From positions 142,412-206,411 of the forward strand of contig JAKFYJ010000004.1 of assembly GCA_021730935.1 (NCBI GenBank): a stretch of DNA of 64,000 nucleotides. The letters run 5' to 3'. Shown in pieces: positions 30,231-39,019 of the stretch; positions within the stretch are counted from its first letter, which is position 1, and every line of letters starts with the position of its first letter. Below the pieces are notes generated by a model. The model had not been told where the DNA came from. It saw only the letters and a program-made list of their open reading frames with translations, and did no database searches. The translations under genes and the position numbers were made by a program. Origin of the DNA: Elusimicrobiota bacterium (GTDB lineage Bacteria > Elusimicrobiota > Elusimicrobia > 2-02-FULL-39-32).

Positions 30231-30827
30231 ATGATTCAAATCCAATGTCCCGCCTGCCAGAAAGTCCAGCCTGAATCGGACCTCATGATCGACGCGGCCC
30301 TCAAACAGCGCTGCAATTATTGCGGCGTCGTGTTCGAGGTGAACATCACCAAGAACGCGTTCCTGGGCACGGAGAAAATCAGCGGCAAAATCGTGAGCAA
30401 GGGCTTGCTGGATTCGGAATCAGACCAGGAGCTCGCCTTCAAAATTGAGCCCACCATCCGCACGGTGTTTGCCGTTTTCCTTTTCCTGCTTGGAGCTTCC
30501 GTGGTTTTCTTTACGCACGGAGAACCTTTCACGAAGATGCTGTTGATCATCCTCGCAGTCATCTGCCTCGCCACCGGCGCCGTTGCCGGCATGCTTGCGG
30601 GACGGGTGGGTTATTCCGAAGTTCTCACGCCCGGCGGAGCGGGAGTGATCGCGGGCCTTGCTCTGGCGGCCATTTTTTCCCTTCAGTCCCGCGGCGAGAT
30701 GCAGTCGGTGATCCAGCATGCGTTCCCCATGTTCGGGGTTTTTGCGGTGGGGTCTTTCGCGGGCGGGATTGTCGCCTGGGTCTTGAGAAAATTTTTCGGA
30801 ATCAGGATGCAGGACGCCGAAAAATAA
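30231..30827 (+). CDS. Hypothetical membrane protein with N-terminal zinc-ribbon (CPAC...CNYC) and four predicted TM helices
   Basis: MIQIQCPACQK...QRCNYCGVVFEV, followed by hydrophobic segments. No family recognised. Confidence 0.45.
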   Translation: MIQIQCPACQKVQPESDLMIDAALKQRCNYCGVVFEVNITKNAFLGTEKISGKIVSKGLLDSESDQELAFKIEPTIRTVFAVFLFLLGASVVFFTHGEPFTKMLLIILAVICLATGAVAGMLAGRVGYSEVLTPGGAGVIAGLALAAIFSLQSRGEMQSVIQHAFPMFGVFAVGSFAGGIVAWVLRKFFGIRMQDAEK

Positions 30828-30848
30828 ACCGCCGCGCTTCATTTTCTG

Positions 30849-30857
30849 TGCTATAAT
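30849..30857 (+). promoter_or_regulatory. Extended -10 promoter element TGcTATAAT
   Basis: The sequence tgTGcTATAATcg lies about 40 bp upstream of the GTG start of the small ORF at 30897. Confidence 0.35.
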
Positions 30858-30896
30858 CGTCAGAGGCCTTAGCATTTAAAGTCAGGAGGTTTTTCG

Positions 30897-31079
30897 GTGG
30901 AAGAAAGCAAGAAATCACGCGAAGATCATCAGCTTGAAAGGCGCACTGTCAGAGACCGCCGCACGGGCAATCTGGACTCCAAATATCAATACTCCGTCAA
31001 AGCGGGCTATTTCCTCGACATGCGGCGCGGTGAACGCAGAAAAACAATCCCAGAAGATTCCCTGATTTCCCTCAACTAA
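30897..31079 (+). CDS. Small highly basic hypothetical protein (60 aa)
   Basis: GTG start preceded by a perfect AGGAGG RBS 8 nt upstream and an extended -10. Arg/Lys-rich (RRTVRDRRTGN...MRRGERRK). Confidence 0.5.
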   Translation: MEESKKSREDHQLERRTVRDRRTGNLDSKYQYSVKAGYFLDMRRGERRKTIPEDSLISLN

Positions 31080-31085
31080 ATTTTT

Positions 31086-32156
31086 TTACTCTCCCCAGCC
31101 CGGCTGATTCATCCAGTCTGATCCCGCCTTCTTGTCGCTTTTGGCCGCCTTGTCCTGAGGCGCTTTCTCTTTCTTTGCAGGAGCCGGGACTTCCTCCTTC
31201 GTTTCCGGCAGGGGCGCGGAGTTGTCGACTCTGGCTTTCGATAGATTGGGTGACGGCACTCCGGGAAGATAAAACTTTTGGGATTGAAGCTCTTTTTCTT
31301 CTTCGGGAGACATCTTCGGTGTTTCCTCAACCGCGGGTTTGGGCGGAGCGACAGGTTCCGGAACGGCAACGGCAGGTTCAACTTTCTTAACGGCGGGCCT
31401 GGGCAGGGCGGCAACCTTCGCTTTTACGGGAACCTTTTTTTCGGCATGGGGCGCCGATTCGCGGATGGGTTTCAGCGGAGCGGGTTTGGCCGTTTCAGGA
31501 GACGGAATCGTCGGGACAGCCTCCTGAATCTCGGGTTTCTTGGGGTGGATCATGGTCATGACCGCTTCTTTCCACACTTTCAGTTTGCCGGATTTAATTC
31601 CCCATGCCGTCAGAACCCCGATGATTAAAACAAGAACGAGAGCGATGGCCGGCTTTCTTAAATCAATTTTTATGGTTGTTTCGGTCAGTTCCGGGGTGGG
31701 CACGATTTCTGCCGCGGCCTGTATTTCAGGCTCAATTTTGGCTGGGATCTGGACAGGAGCTTCCGGAACTGCTTTCTTTTGCTGGCCCAGTTCCTGGGAA
31801 ATTTTGTCCATCAGGTCGAGCATTTCCGAAGCTGAAACGAATTCTTCTTTCGGCTTTTCGGGCTTTATCTCGACCGTCTTGTCGGATGACGGTTCCGGCA
31901 ACGGAGTTTCCAGTTTCGGAGGGGGAGGGGGAGGAGGAACCTGAATGACTTTGGGCACGGGACCTTTTTGCGTCCGGGTGTTGAGGAGGCTCTGCAGTTC
32001 CGCGACCTCAATGACGCGGGTCCACTTTTCTGTCCCGTCTCCGTCGTCGGGAGACACGAGTATTTCCGGGGAAAAACCGTCAAGGAACCTCAGGACTTGC
32101 GGGTCATAAGGCCCTTCCACGCCGTCGTCAATCTTTGCCCAATATTTTGTCGGCAT
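31086..32156 (-). CDS. Proline-rich membrane protein with N-terminal GYF-like (DUF4339-type) domain
   Basis: N-terminus YWAKIDDGVEGPYDPQVLRFL...GDGTEKWTRV, then a PPPPPPP/PEP-rich linker, one TM helix (IALVLVLIIGVLTAWGI), and a Pro/Ala/Lys-rich tail. Start set at MPTKYW; the ORF track's 32267 start overlaps nth divergently. Confidence 0.55.
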   Translation of the reverse strand: MPTKYWAKIDDGVEGPYDPQVLRFLDGFSPEILVSPDDGDGTEKWTRVIEVAELQSLLNTRTQKGPVPKVIQVPPPPPPPKLETPLPEPSSDKTVEIKPEKPKEEFVSASEMLDLMDKISQELGQQKKAVPEAPVQIPAKIEPEIQAAAEIVPTPELTETTIKIDLRKPAIALVLVLIIGVLTAWGIKSGKLKVWKEAVMTMIHPKKPEIQEAVPTIPSPETAKPAPLKPIRESAPHAEKKVPVKAKVAALPRPAVKKVEPAVAVPEPVAPPKPAVEETPKMSPEEEKELQSQKFYLPGVPSPNLSKARVDNSAPLPETKEEVPAPAKKEKAPQDKAAKSDKKAGSDWMNQPGWGE

Positions 32157-32214
32157 CACCCATGATTCTAACAGGGAAACAGGATTTTTCAATCCCCCCA
32201 AAAATGGTATATTC

Positions 32215-32865
32215 ATGGTTATCAAACCCATGTCGCCCGATCCAGCCCGCAATAAGAGCATCCTCAAAATTTTAAAACAGGCCTATCCTCACGCCAATTG
32301 CGCCCTGGACCACGCAACGCCCCTTCAACTGGTGGTTTCCACAATCCTCTCTGCGCAATGCACCGACAAACGCGTGAATATGGTGACCCCGGCTCTCTTT
32401 AAGAAATATAAAACGGCAGAGGATTTTGCGGAGGCCAAACTTCCGGAACTGGAACGGCTGATCCGCTCTACCGGATTTTTTCGTCAGAAAGCGCGCTGGA
32501 TCAAAGCGATGGGGGAACGGGTCGTGAATCGTTTCGGGAGCAAGGTCCCATCCACGATGGATGAACTTCTCACTTTGCCCGGCGTGGCGCGAAAGACCGC
32601 CAATGTCGTGCTGGGCACGGGATTCAACATCGCGGTGGGCATCGTCGTGGACACTCATGTGAAGCGAATCGCCAAAAAGCTGGGGATGACCCGCCAGAGC
32701 GACCCCGTGAAAGTGGAAAAAGACCTTGTGAAAATTGTCCCTCAAAAAGACTGGATATGGTTTTCTCATGCGCTCATCACTCATGGCCGCCAAATCTGCA
32801 AGGCGCCCACGCCTCTTTGCGGGACATGCCCTCTCGCAAACCTTTGTCCCTCGAGCCACATCTGA
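32215..32865 (+). CDS. nth: Endonuclease III (DNA glycosylase/AP lyase Nth)
   Basis: HhH-GPD motif (LPGVARKTANVVL) and a C-terminal 4Fe-4S cluster loop (CKAPTPLCGTCPLANLC). Confidence 0.9.
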   Translation: MVIKPMSPDPARNKSILKILKQAYPHANCALDHATPLQLVVSTILSAQCTDKRVNMVTPALFKKYKTAEDFAEAKLPELERLIRSTGFFRQKARWIKAMGERVVNRFGSKVPSTMDELLTLPGVARKTANVVLGTGFNIAVGIVVDTHVKRIAKKLGMTRQSDPVKVEKDLVKIVPQKDWIWFSHALITHGRQICKAPTPLCGTCPLANLCPSSHI

Positions 32866-33647
32866 TGCCTGATTTTTTTAAAGATAAAGTCGCGATCGTG
32901 ACGGGGGCTTCCAGCGGGATCGGCCTTTGCACGGCCCGGCTCCTGAGTGAACGGGGAGCGCGCGTCGTGCTGGCGGCCAGGTCCAAAGACAAGCTTGAGA
33001 AACTGGCACAGGAATTGCCCAATTCCATTGCAGTTCCGACGGATGTCACGGATAAAAATTCCGTTTTGAATATGGTTCAGCGCACGCTCGACGCTTTCGG
33101 GCGCATTGACATATTAATCAACAACGCCGGAATCCTCATCTATAAGCCCATTGTTCAATCAACGGACGAAGATCTTCGCCGGGTGATGGAAGTGAATTTC
33201 TTTGGAGCTGTGGCCTGCGCGAATGCGGTCTTGCCCGCGATGGAAAAACAGAAGTCCGGAACCATCGTCAACATCTCCTCGATTGCGGGCCGCATCGGGT
33301 TCCCCAACATCGGATATTATTGCGCGAGCAAGTTTGCTTTCACGGGATTTTCTGAAACTTTTCGGCAGGAAGTGGCGTCTAAAGGCATCATCGTGTCGAC
33401 CGTCAATCCCGGGACGACGGAAACGCCCCTGAATCAGACGATCCTTGATGAGGCCAGGAAAAGGGGCAAGAATATTTTGCCCATCACTCCGGAACGGGTT
33501 GCCCGGGCCATTTTGAATGCGGCGGAAAAGGGCAAAGCTGAAGTTTTTGTTCCCTGGTCCACGCGAGTGCTTCACTGGCTGCATTTTTTTGCGCCGCGTT
33601 TCACAGAGTGGCTGGCCTGGCATTTCCGGTCCGCTGAAAAATATTGA
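32865..33647 (+). CDS. Short-chain dehydrogenase/reductase (SDR)
   Basis: TGASSGIG dinucleotide motif, NNAG, and the catalytic YxxxK (YCASK). Its ATG overlaps the nth TGA by 1 nt. Confidence 0.85.
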   Translation: MPDFFKDKVAIVTGASSGIGLCTARLLSERGARVVLAARSKDKLEKLAQELPNSIAVPTDVTDKNSVLNMVQRTLDAFGRIDILINNAGILIYKPIVQSTDEDLRRVMEVNFFGAVACANAVLPAMEKQKSGTIVNISSIAGRIGFPNIGYYCASKFAFTGFSETFRQEVASKGIIVSTVNPGTTETPLNQTILDEARKRGKNILPITPERVARAILNAAEKGKAEVFVPWSTRVLHWLHFFAPRFTEWLAWHFRSAEKY

Positions 33648-34648
33648 AAGGAGAAAGTATGGACAGCGACATTAAACTCATTCACGAGAAGATACAGAAA
33701 GAAAGCGTTTTCGTTCAGGCTTTGAAAGCGGAAATCGCGAAAGTCATCGTGGGCCAGGACGAACTGATCGACCGCATCCTTGTGGGCCTCTTTTCCGATG
33801 GACACATCCTGCTCGAAGGCGTGCCGGGCTTGGCCAAAACCCTCACCATCAAGACTCTCGCCGGCTGTATCCACACTCAATTTAAGCGCATCCAGTTCAC
33901 GCCTGACCTCCTGCCCGCCGACTTGATCGGGACCATGGTTTTTAGCCCCAAAAATCAGGAATTTGCCGTCAGAAAGGGCCCCATTTTTACTCAGCTTCTG
34001 CTCGCGGACGAAATCAACCGCGCTCCGGCCAAGGTGCAGTCTGCGCTCCTTGAAGCCATGCAGGAAAAGCAGGTGACCATCGGCGAAACTTCCTATCAGC
34101 TGCCGGAACTTTTCCTCGTTCTGGCCACCCAAAACCCGATCGAGCAGGAAGGGACCTATCCTCTGCCTGAAGCGCAGGTGGACCGCTTTATGCTGAAGCT
34201 CAAGGTGACTTATCCGACGAAAAAGGAAGAGTCCGCAATTTTGGACCGCATGACCTCCAAAGAAATGCCCCAGGTGAAAGCGATTATTTCTCCTGATGAT
34301 CTTCTGAAAGCGCGCGGGTTCATAAAAGAAATTTATATGGACGATAAAATCAGAAATTATATTTTGGATTTGGTCGCGGCGACCCGGAATCCCGAAGAAT
34401 TTAAACTGCCGGAACTGAAAAAACTGATCAGTTATGGTGCCTCTCCAAGAGCCACCATTTTCCTCGCCAAGGGCGCCAGGGCTTATGCGTTTCTGCAGGG
34501 CCGGGGATATGTGACGCCGGAAGATGTGAAGGCGATCGGCCCGGACATCTTGAGGCACCGCGTCATCTTGTCGTATGAAGCCGAAGCCGAGGAGAAAAAT
34601 TCCGACGACATCCTGAAGACGCTTTTTAACACCGTCGAAGTTCCGTAA
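33644..34648 (+). CDS. MoxR-family AAA+ ATPase
   Basis: Walker A GVPGLAKT and Walker B LLADEINRA, about 330 aa. First gene of a Bat-like operon. Confidence 0.9.
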   Translation: MKGESMDSDIKLIHEKIQKESVFVQALKAEIAKVIVGQDELIDRILVGLFSDGHILLEGVPGLAKTLTIKTLAGCIHTQFKRIQFTPDLLPADLIGTMVFSPKNQEFAVRKGPIFTQLLLADEINRAPAKVQSALLEAMQEKQVTIGETSYQLPELFLVLATQNPIEQEGTYPLPEAQVDRFMLKLKVTYPTKKEESAILDRMTSKEMPQVKAIISPDDLLKARGFIKEIYMDDKIRNYILDLVAATRNPEEFKLPELKKLISYGASPRATIFLAKGARAYAFLQGRGYVTPEDVKAIGPDILRHRVILSYEAEAEEKNSDDILKTLFNTVEVP

Positions 34649-34660
34649 TATTTTCTTGCG

Positions 34661-35554
34661 ATGAGTTCCGCGCAAACCATTCCTTCTGAAGTCTTCAAAC
34701 AGGTCCGCGCCATAGAAATCCGCACGCGGAAACTGGTGAACGACATTTTCATGGGCCAATATTCCAGCGTGTTCAAGGGCATGGGCATGGAGTTTGCCCA
34801 GGTTCGCGAATATCAGCCGGGGGACGATCCCAAACTGATCGACTGGAATGTGACGGCGCGCGCGGGCAGCATATTCACGAAAGAATTTTTGGAAGAGCGG
34901 GAACTCACCGTCATGGTGATGGTGGACGCGAGCCGGAGCCTATTTTTTGGGAGCAAACGCTCTCTCAAATCCGAAACAGCCGCGGAACTCGCCGCGCTCC
35001 TCGCTCTCTCGGCCATCCGCAACAACGACAAAGTGGGCCTCCTCATCTTCACCGATAAAGTTGAAAAATATGTGCCTCCAAGGAAAGGGAGCGGCACAAT
35101 TTTGCGTCTCGTCCGCGAAATTCTCACCTTCAAACCCGAAGGCAAAGGGACGGACCTGTCATCGGGCCTGGAATTCGCCGCGCGCGTTTTGAAGCGGCGG
35201 TCCGTGTGTTTTTTGATCTCGGATTTTCTCACCGAAAAAGATTATCAGGCGCCTCTGAAAATTCTGGCGCGCAAAAACGATGTCATTGCCGTGCGCGTCT
35301 CCGACGCTCTGGAAAACCAGATTCCTGCTCCCGGACGATATCGGCTGAGGGATCAGGAAACGGGTCAAATGCAGACCTTGAAGGTGAGCGGCGCAGACAT
35401 AAAAAAGATTCATTTCAAGGTGGCGGAGCATTTCGACCAATGGAAAAAATCGATCAACCGAGCGAAGGTGGATGTGATTGAGGTTTTGGCAGGAGAACCT
35501 TACGCGAAACAATTTTTGTCGTTTTTTAGGACGAGGGCGAAACGGTTTCGATGA
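34661..35554 (+). CDS. DUF58-domain protein (MoxR partner, vWA-like)
   Basis: Typical DUF58 N-terminus (EVFKQVRAIEIRTRKLVNDIFMGQYSSVFKGMGMEFAQVREYQPGDD). Confidence 0.8.
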   Translation: MSSAQTIPSEVFKQVRAIEIRTRKLVNDIFMGQYSSVFKGMGMEFAQVREYQPGDDPKLIDWNVTARAGSIFTKEFLEERELTVMVMVDASRSLFFGSKRSLKSETAAELAALLALSAIRNNDKVGLLIFTDKVEKYVPPRKGSGTILRLVREILTFKPEGKGTDLSSGLEFAARVLKRRSVCFLISDFLTEKDYQAPLKILARKNDVIAVRVSDALENQIPAPGRYRLRDQETGQMQTLKVSGADIKKIHFKVAEHFDQWKKSINRAKVDVIEVLAGEPYAKQFLSFFRTRAKRFR

Positions 35555-36414
35555 GCCAGGAAAATTCAATCGCGATATCAGCACAGACAGCGGTCCTGCC
35601 CTCCACGACGGTGGCGGTCGCGGGGTCCGTGCGCGTTCAAGTAAGCGCCTATTCCAAGTCACCGATTGAGATCAGCAGTTTCACAGCGCCCACTCTCGAC
35701 AATGCTCAAATCCTGAAATCCGCCGCGACCAAGAGCGCCGCTTCTCCTCAGGGCGGATATGAAACCACCGTTAATTTCGATGTCATGCCTCTGGCTCTGG
35801 GAGCCCTTGAATTTCCGTCTCTTAAAATCGAATACAAACTTGATAATCAAAAACTCGAATTTTTGTCGCCGCCCGTGAAAATGTCCGTGGTCAATCCTTA
35901 TGAAAGCGGACAGATCCAGGTTCAGCCGAGAGATATTAAAGGCCCCGTCTCCGCCGGCATGAGCCCGTGGGTTCCGGCCTTGATCATTTTGGCCGCAGGC
36001 GCAGTTGCCGCCGCCTATTGGTTTTATCGTAAAAATAAAAAAGAGGGTTCTGTTGTGTCGGAACCTCCCAAAGAGCCGCCCCGGCCGTCACACGAAACGG
36101 CCCTGGAAAAATTGAATGCCGCCATGGAAACATATCGAAAGAATCCCGACAGCAAGGTTTTTTATTCAGAAATTTCATTGATCCTGAGGGACTATTTGGG
36201 CGCCCGATATGGCATGGACGCAATTGAAAAAACCACGGCGGAAATTTTTTACGATATGAAACATCGCGGGATCGAGATGAAATTCTGCATGAGCGCAAGG
36301 GACATTTTGTCGTCCTGCGACCTCGTCAAGTTCGCCAAGTTTTTGCCGTCGGAAAAAGACCTTGAAGCGGATTGGGTGCGCGCCAGACAATTTGTTGAGG
36401 ACACGAAATCATGA
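35551..36414 (+). CDS. Hypothetical single-TM protein of the Bat/MoxR operon
   Basis: One TM helix (VPALIILAAGAVAAAYWFY) and a conserved position between DUF58 and BatA. Stop/start are coupled. Confidence 0.5.
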   Translation: MSQENSIAISAQTAVLPSTTVAVAGSVRVQVSAYSKSPIEISSFTAPTLDNAQILKSAATKSAASPQGGYETTVNFDVMPLALGALEFPSLKIEYKLDNQKLEFLSPPVKMSVVNPYESGQIQVQPRDIKGPVSAGMSPWVPALIILAAGAVAAAYWFYRKNKKEGSVVSEPPKEPPRPSHETALEKLNAAMETYRKNPDSKVFYSEISLILRDYLGARYGMDAIEKTTAEIFYDMKHRGIEMKFCMSARDILSSCDLVKFAKFLPSEKDLEADWVRARQFVEDTKS

Positions 36415-37397
36415 TTTTCGCCAATCCTCTCTGGTTTCTTGTTTTGATTCCTGCCGCGGCGCTCTTTGCTTGGCGGTATTATCGCCTTAAGTCCGGGAAA
36501 GTCGCGATCCCATTTTCTGATCTCAATCTCCTGCAGGGCTGGATGAAAGAGTCGCTGAACGAAGATTATGTTATGGAGGCGCTGAAAGCGGCGAGCGTCG
36601 TGTTTATGATCATCGCTCTTGCCCGTCCGCAAAGCATCAACAAATCCGCTGAGCCGCCCAAGCCTGTCGTCGACATCCTGCTTTGCCTGGACACTTCCAT
36701 CAGCATGGCGGCGATGGATTTTGATCCGGACAACCGTCTTGAAGCGGCCAAGAAATCGGCGGTTGATTTCATAAAGAAAAGGCCTGCGGACAGGATGGGT
36801 CTTGTAGTCTTTGGGGGCTCCGCGCTCCTGCAGTGTCCCCTGACATTGGACCATGAGAGTTTGACGGATTTCATTCAATCGATCGAGCTGAACGCGACGC
36901 AAACCAACGGGACCGCCGTGGGGACCGCAATTGCTCTGGCTTCCAGCCGCCTGGCAGACAGCGAAGCCAAAAGCAAAATCATCATCCTCCTCACCGACGG
37001 ACGGAGCAACGCGGGGAGCATTGATCCCCTGACAGCGGCGCAAGCGGCGAATGATCTCGGCATCAAAATATACACGATCGGTTGCGCCGTTCCGGGCGGA
37101 GGGATTCTGCCGGACTTGCCGGAATGGGGGGTTCGGTATGGTACACGGGTGGAAGATTTGGACGAATCCACTCTGTCTTCTGTTGCGGCTCAAACTCACG
37201 CAAAATATTTTAGAGTGACTTCCGAGAAGAAATTAAAGGAAATTTATACGGAAATTGACCGCCTCGAGAAAACCAAGGTGGAGACGCTTGAAATGACGCG
37301 GGTCGAAGACCGCTATCTGCCTTTTGTAATTATTGCACTGATTCTCTTTGGGGTGTCGATGGGACTGAACGTTTTCGTCTGGAGGACCGCCCCGTGA
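36411..37397 (+). CDS. BatA-like vWA-domain membrane protein
   Basis: N- and C-terminal TM helices flank a vWA domain with a MIDAS motif (DTSISM...LTDGRSN). Confidence 0.8.
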   Translation: MIFANPLWFLVLIPAAALFAWRYYRLKSGKVAIPFSDLNLLQGWMKESLNEDYVMEALKAASVVFMIIALARPQSINKSAEPPKPVVDILLCLDTSISMAAMDFDPDNRLEAAKKSAVDFIKKRPADRMGLVVFGGSALLQCPLTLDHESLTDFIQSIELNATQTNGTAVGTAIALASSRLADSEAKSKIIILLTDGRSNAGSIDPLTAAQAANDLGIKIYTIGCAVPGGGILPDLPEWGVRYGTRVEDLDESTLSSVAAQTHAKYFRVTSEKKLKEIYTEIDRLEKTKVETLEMTRVEDRYLPFVIIALILFGVSMGLNVFVWRTAP

Positions 37398-39019
37398 ACT
37401 TCGCTCATCCTGCTCACTTCGGTTGGTTTGCCTTATTCTTCATTCTTGCCGCGGGGGCCTATCTGTTGAGGCGTTTTCAGAAAGCCAGAATTCAGGAATG
37501 GTTTTCGACGCATGCCATAGAAAAGGTTTTTCCGTTTTCCAGGTGGAGGAGTTTCAGTTTCTGGAAAGGCCTGTGCAGAGTTCTTGCCTTGTTTTTCCTC
37601 GTCCTTGCGGTCACGGGCCCGCGCATCGGTCAGGAAATGAAAACGGTGAAAGTGAGCGGGAGCACGGTGTATATCCTCTTTGACTGTTCCGCCTCCATGC
37701 TCGCGGAAGATCTCAAGCCGAACCGTCTGGAAAATTCCAAGATACTTTTGGGAGGGCTTTTAGAAAAAATGCACGGCAACCGCGTGGGCATCATTGCTTT
37801 CGCAGGGGAACCTTTCGTCTTTTGCCCTCTGACTTTTGATCTCTTCGCCGTTCGACAATTTTTAAGGAGTATAGATCCTCAGATGATCCCAGTCCCCGGA
37901 ACCCACATCGGGTCCGCGATTCGTTTGGCTCTGTCGAAGATGCCTGAAACAGGGTCCCGCGCGATCGTGCTTTTGACCGACGGTGAAGACCATAAAAGCG
38001 ATCCTGAAGGAGCCGTAAAAGAAGCCGAAAGCGCGGGGGTGAGAATTTTTGCCATCGGCATCGGAAAACCCGAAGGGGAACCCATTCCCATCAAAGATGC
38101 ATCAGGAAGTGTCACGGGGTTCAAGAAAAACGCGAAGGGAGAAATCGTGATGAGCAAGCTGGGCGAGAAATTTTTGCTGGATGCGGCGCAAACCACGGGC
38201 GGGGCCTATTTTCGGGCGGAACAATCCGGAGAAGCGATCGACATGGTTTCCGCGAAACTGGACGAATCCGCCAACAGCCCTCTCACGAGAAAGGAAGATT
38301 CTTATAGCGACCGATATCAATGGGTCCTGGCTCTTTCCATATTCCTTTTTCTTTTGGGAGAAACATTGGACGCGTTTGGGCAGAAAATATTATGGAGAAG
38401 GACGGCGGTTTTATACTTGCTGCTGGCGTTTGGGTTGAGCGGAAAATCATATGCCGATTCGTTCCGATCAAAAATTGCCGAGGGAAATAAACTGTATCAC
38501 GTCAACAAATATGAACAGGCTCTGCAGGAATATGAAGCGGCGGCCGCGGTCCGGCCTGACGATCCCCGGGCTTCGTTTAATAAGGGAACGGCGCAATATC
38601 GCCTGAAAGCCTGGGATCAATCCGCGGAAGAACTTCAAAAGAGCTCCATGAGCCGCGACCCCAAAATGCGCGCGAGATCGTTGTATAATCTTGGGAACGT
38701 TCATTTGCAGAGCGGGAAATATGCGGAGGCGGTGAAGTCGTATCAGGAAAGTCTCAGGGTGAATCCGCGCGACGAGGACGCCAAGGAAAATTTGAAACTC
38801 GCGCTCCGCTTCATGAAAAATCCGCCGCCGCAGAATAAAGATCAGAAACAGCAGGACAAAAAGGGGCAGGACAAAAGCAAAGAGCAGAAGGCTCAGGAAG
38901 GCGAAAAGAAGGAAAACGCCAAACGCATGCTCAAGGGCGCCTCCGACGAAGATCAGAACAAGCCCAAGTTTAAGCCGAAGCCCAACGGAAAGAAAAAAGA
39001 GGACGACGAAGACTGGTGA
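37394..39019 (+). CDS. BatB/BatC-like vWA + TPR membrane protein
   Basis: vWA MIDAS (DCSASM...LTDGEDH), then TM helices, TPR repeats (YNLGNVHLQSGKYAEAVKSYQESL), and a K/Q/E-rich low-complexity tail. Confidence 0.8.
   Translation: MNFAHPAHFGWFALFFILAAGAYLLRRFQKARIQEWFSTHAIEKVFPFSRWRSFSFWKGLCRVLALFFLVLAVTGPRIGQEMKTVKVSGSTVYILFDCSASMLAEDLKPNRLENSKILLGGLLEKMHGNRVGIIAFAGEPFVFCPLTFDLFAVRQFLRSIDPQMIPVPGTHIGSAIRLALSKMPETGSRAIVLLTDGEDHKSDPEGAVKEAESAGVRIFAIGIGKPEGEPIPIKDASGSVTGFKKNAKGEIVMSKLGEKFLLDAAQTTGGAYFRAEQSGEAIDMVSAKLDESANSPLTRKEDSYSDRYQWVLALSIFLFLLGETLDAFGQKILWRRTAVLYLLLAFGLSGKSYADSFRSKIAEGNKLYHVNKYEQALQEYEAAAAVRPDDPRASFNKGTAQYRLKAWDQSAEELQKSSMSRDPKMRARSLYNLGNVHLQSGKYAEAVKSYQESLRVNPRDEDAKENLKLALRFMKNPPPQNKDQKQQDKKGQDKSKEQKAQEGEKKENAKRMLKGASDEDQNKPKFKPKPNGKKKEDDEDW

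Noticed and set aside
31278-32100. Proline-rich region of the 31086-32156 gene, considered as a tandem DNA repeat or collagen-like pseudogene
   Set aside because: At the nucleotide level the region is not a clean tandem repeat. The frame stays open and the protein has a plausible N-terminal domain, a TM helix and a tail, so it is treated as a genuine low-complexity protein.
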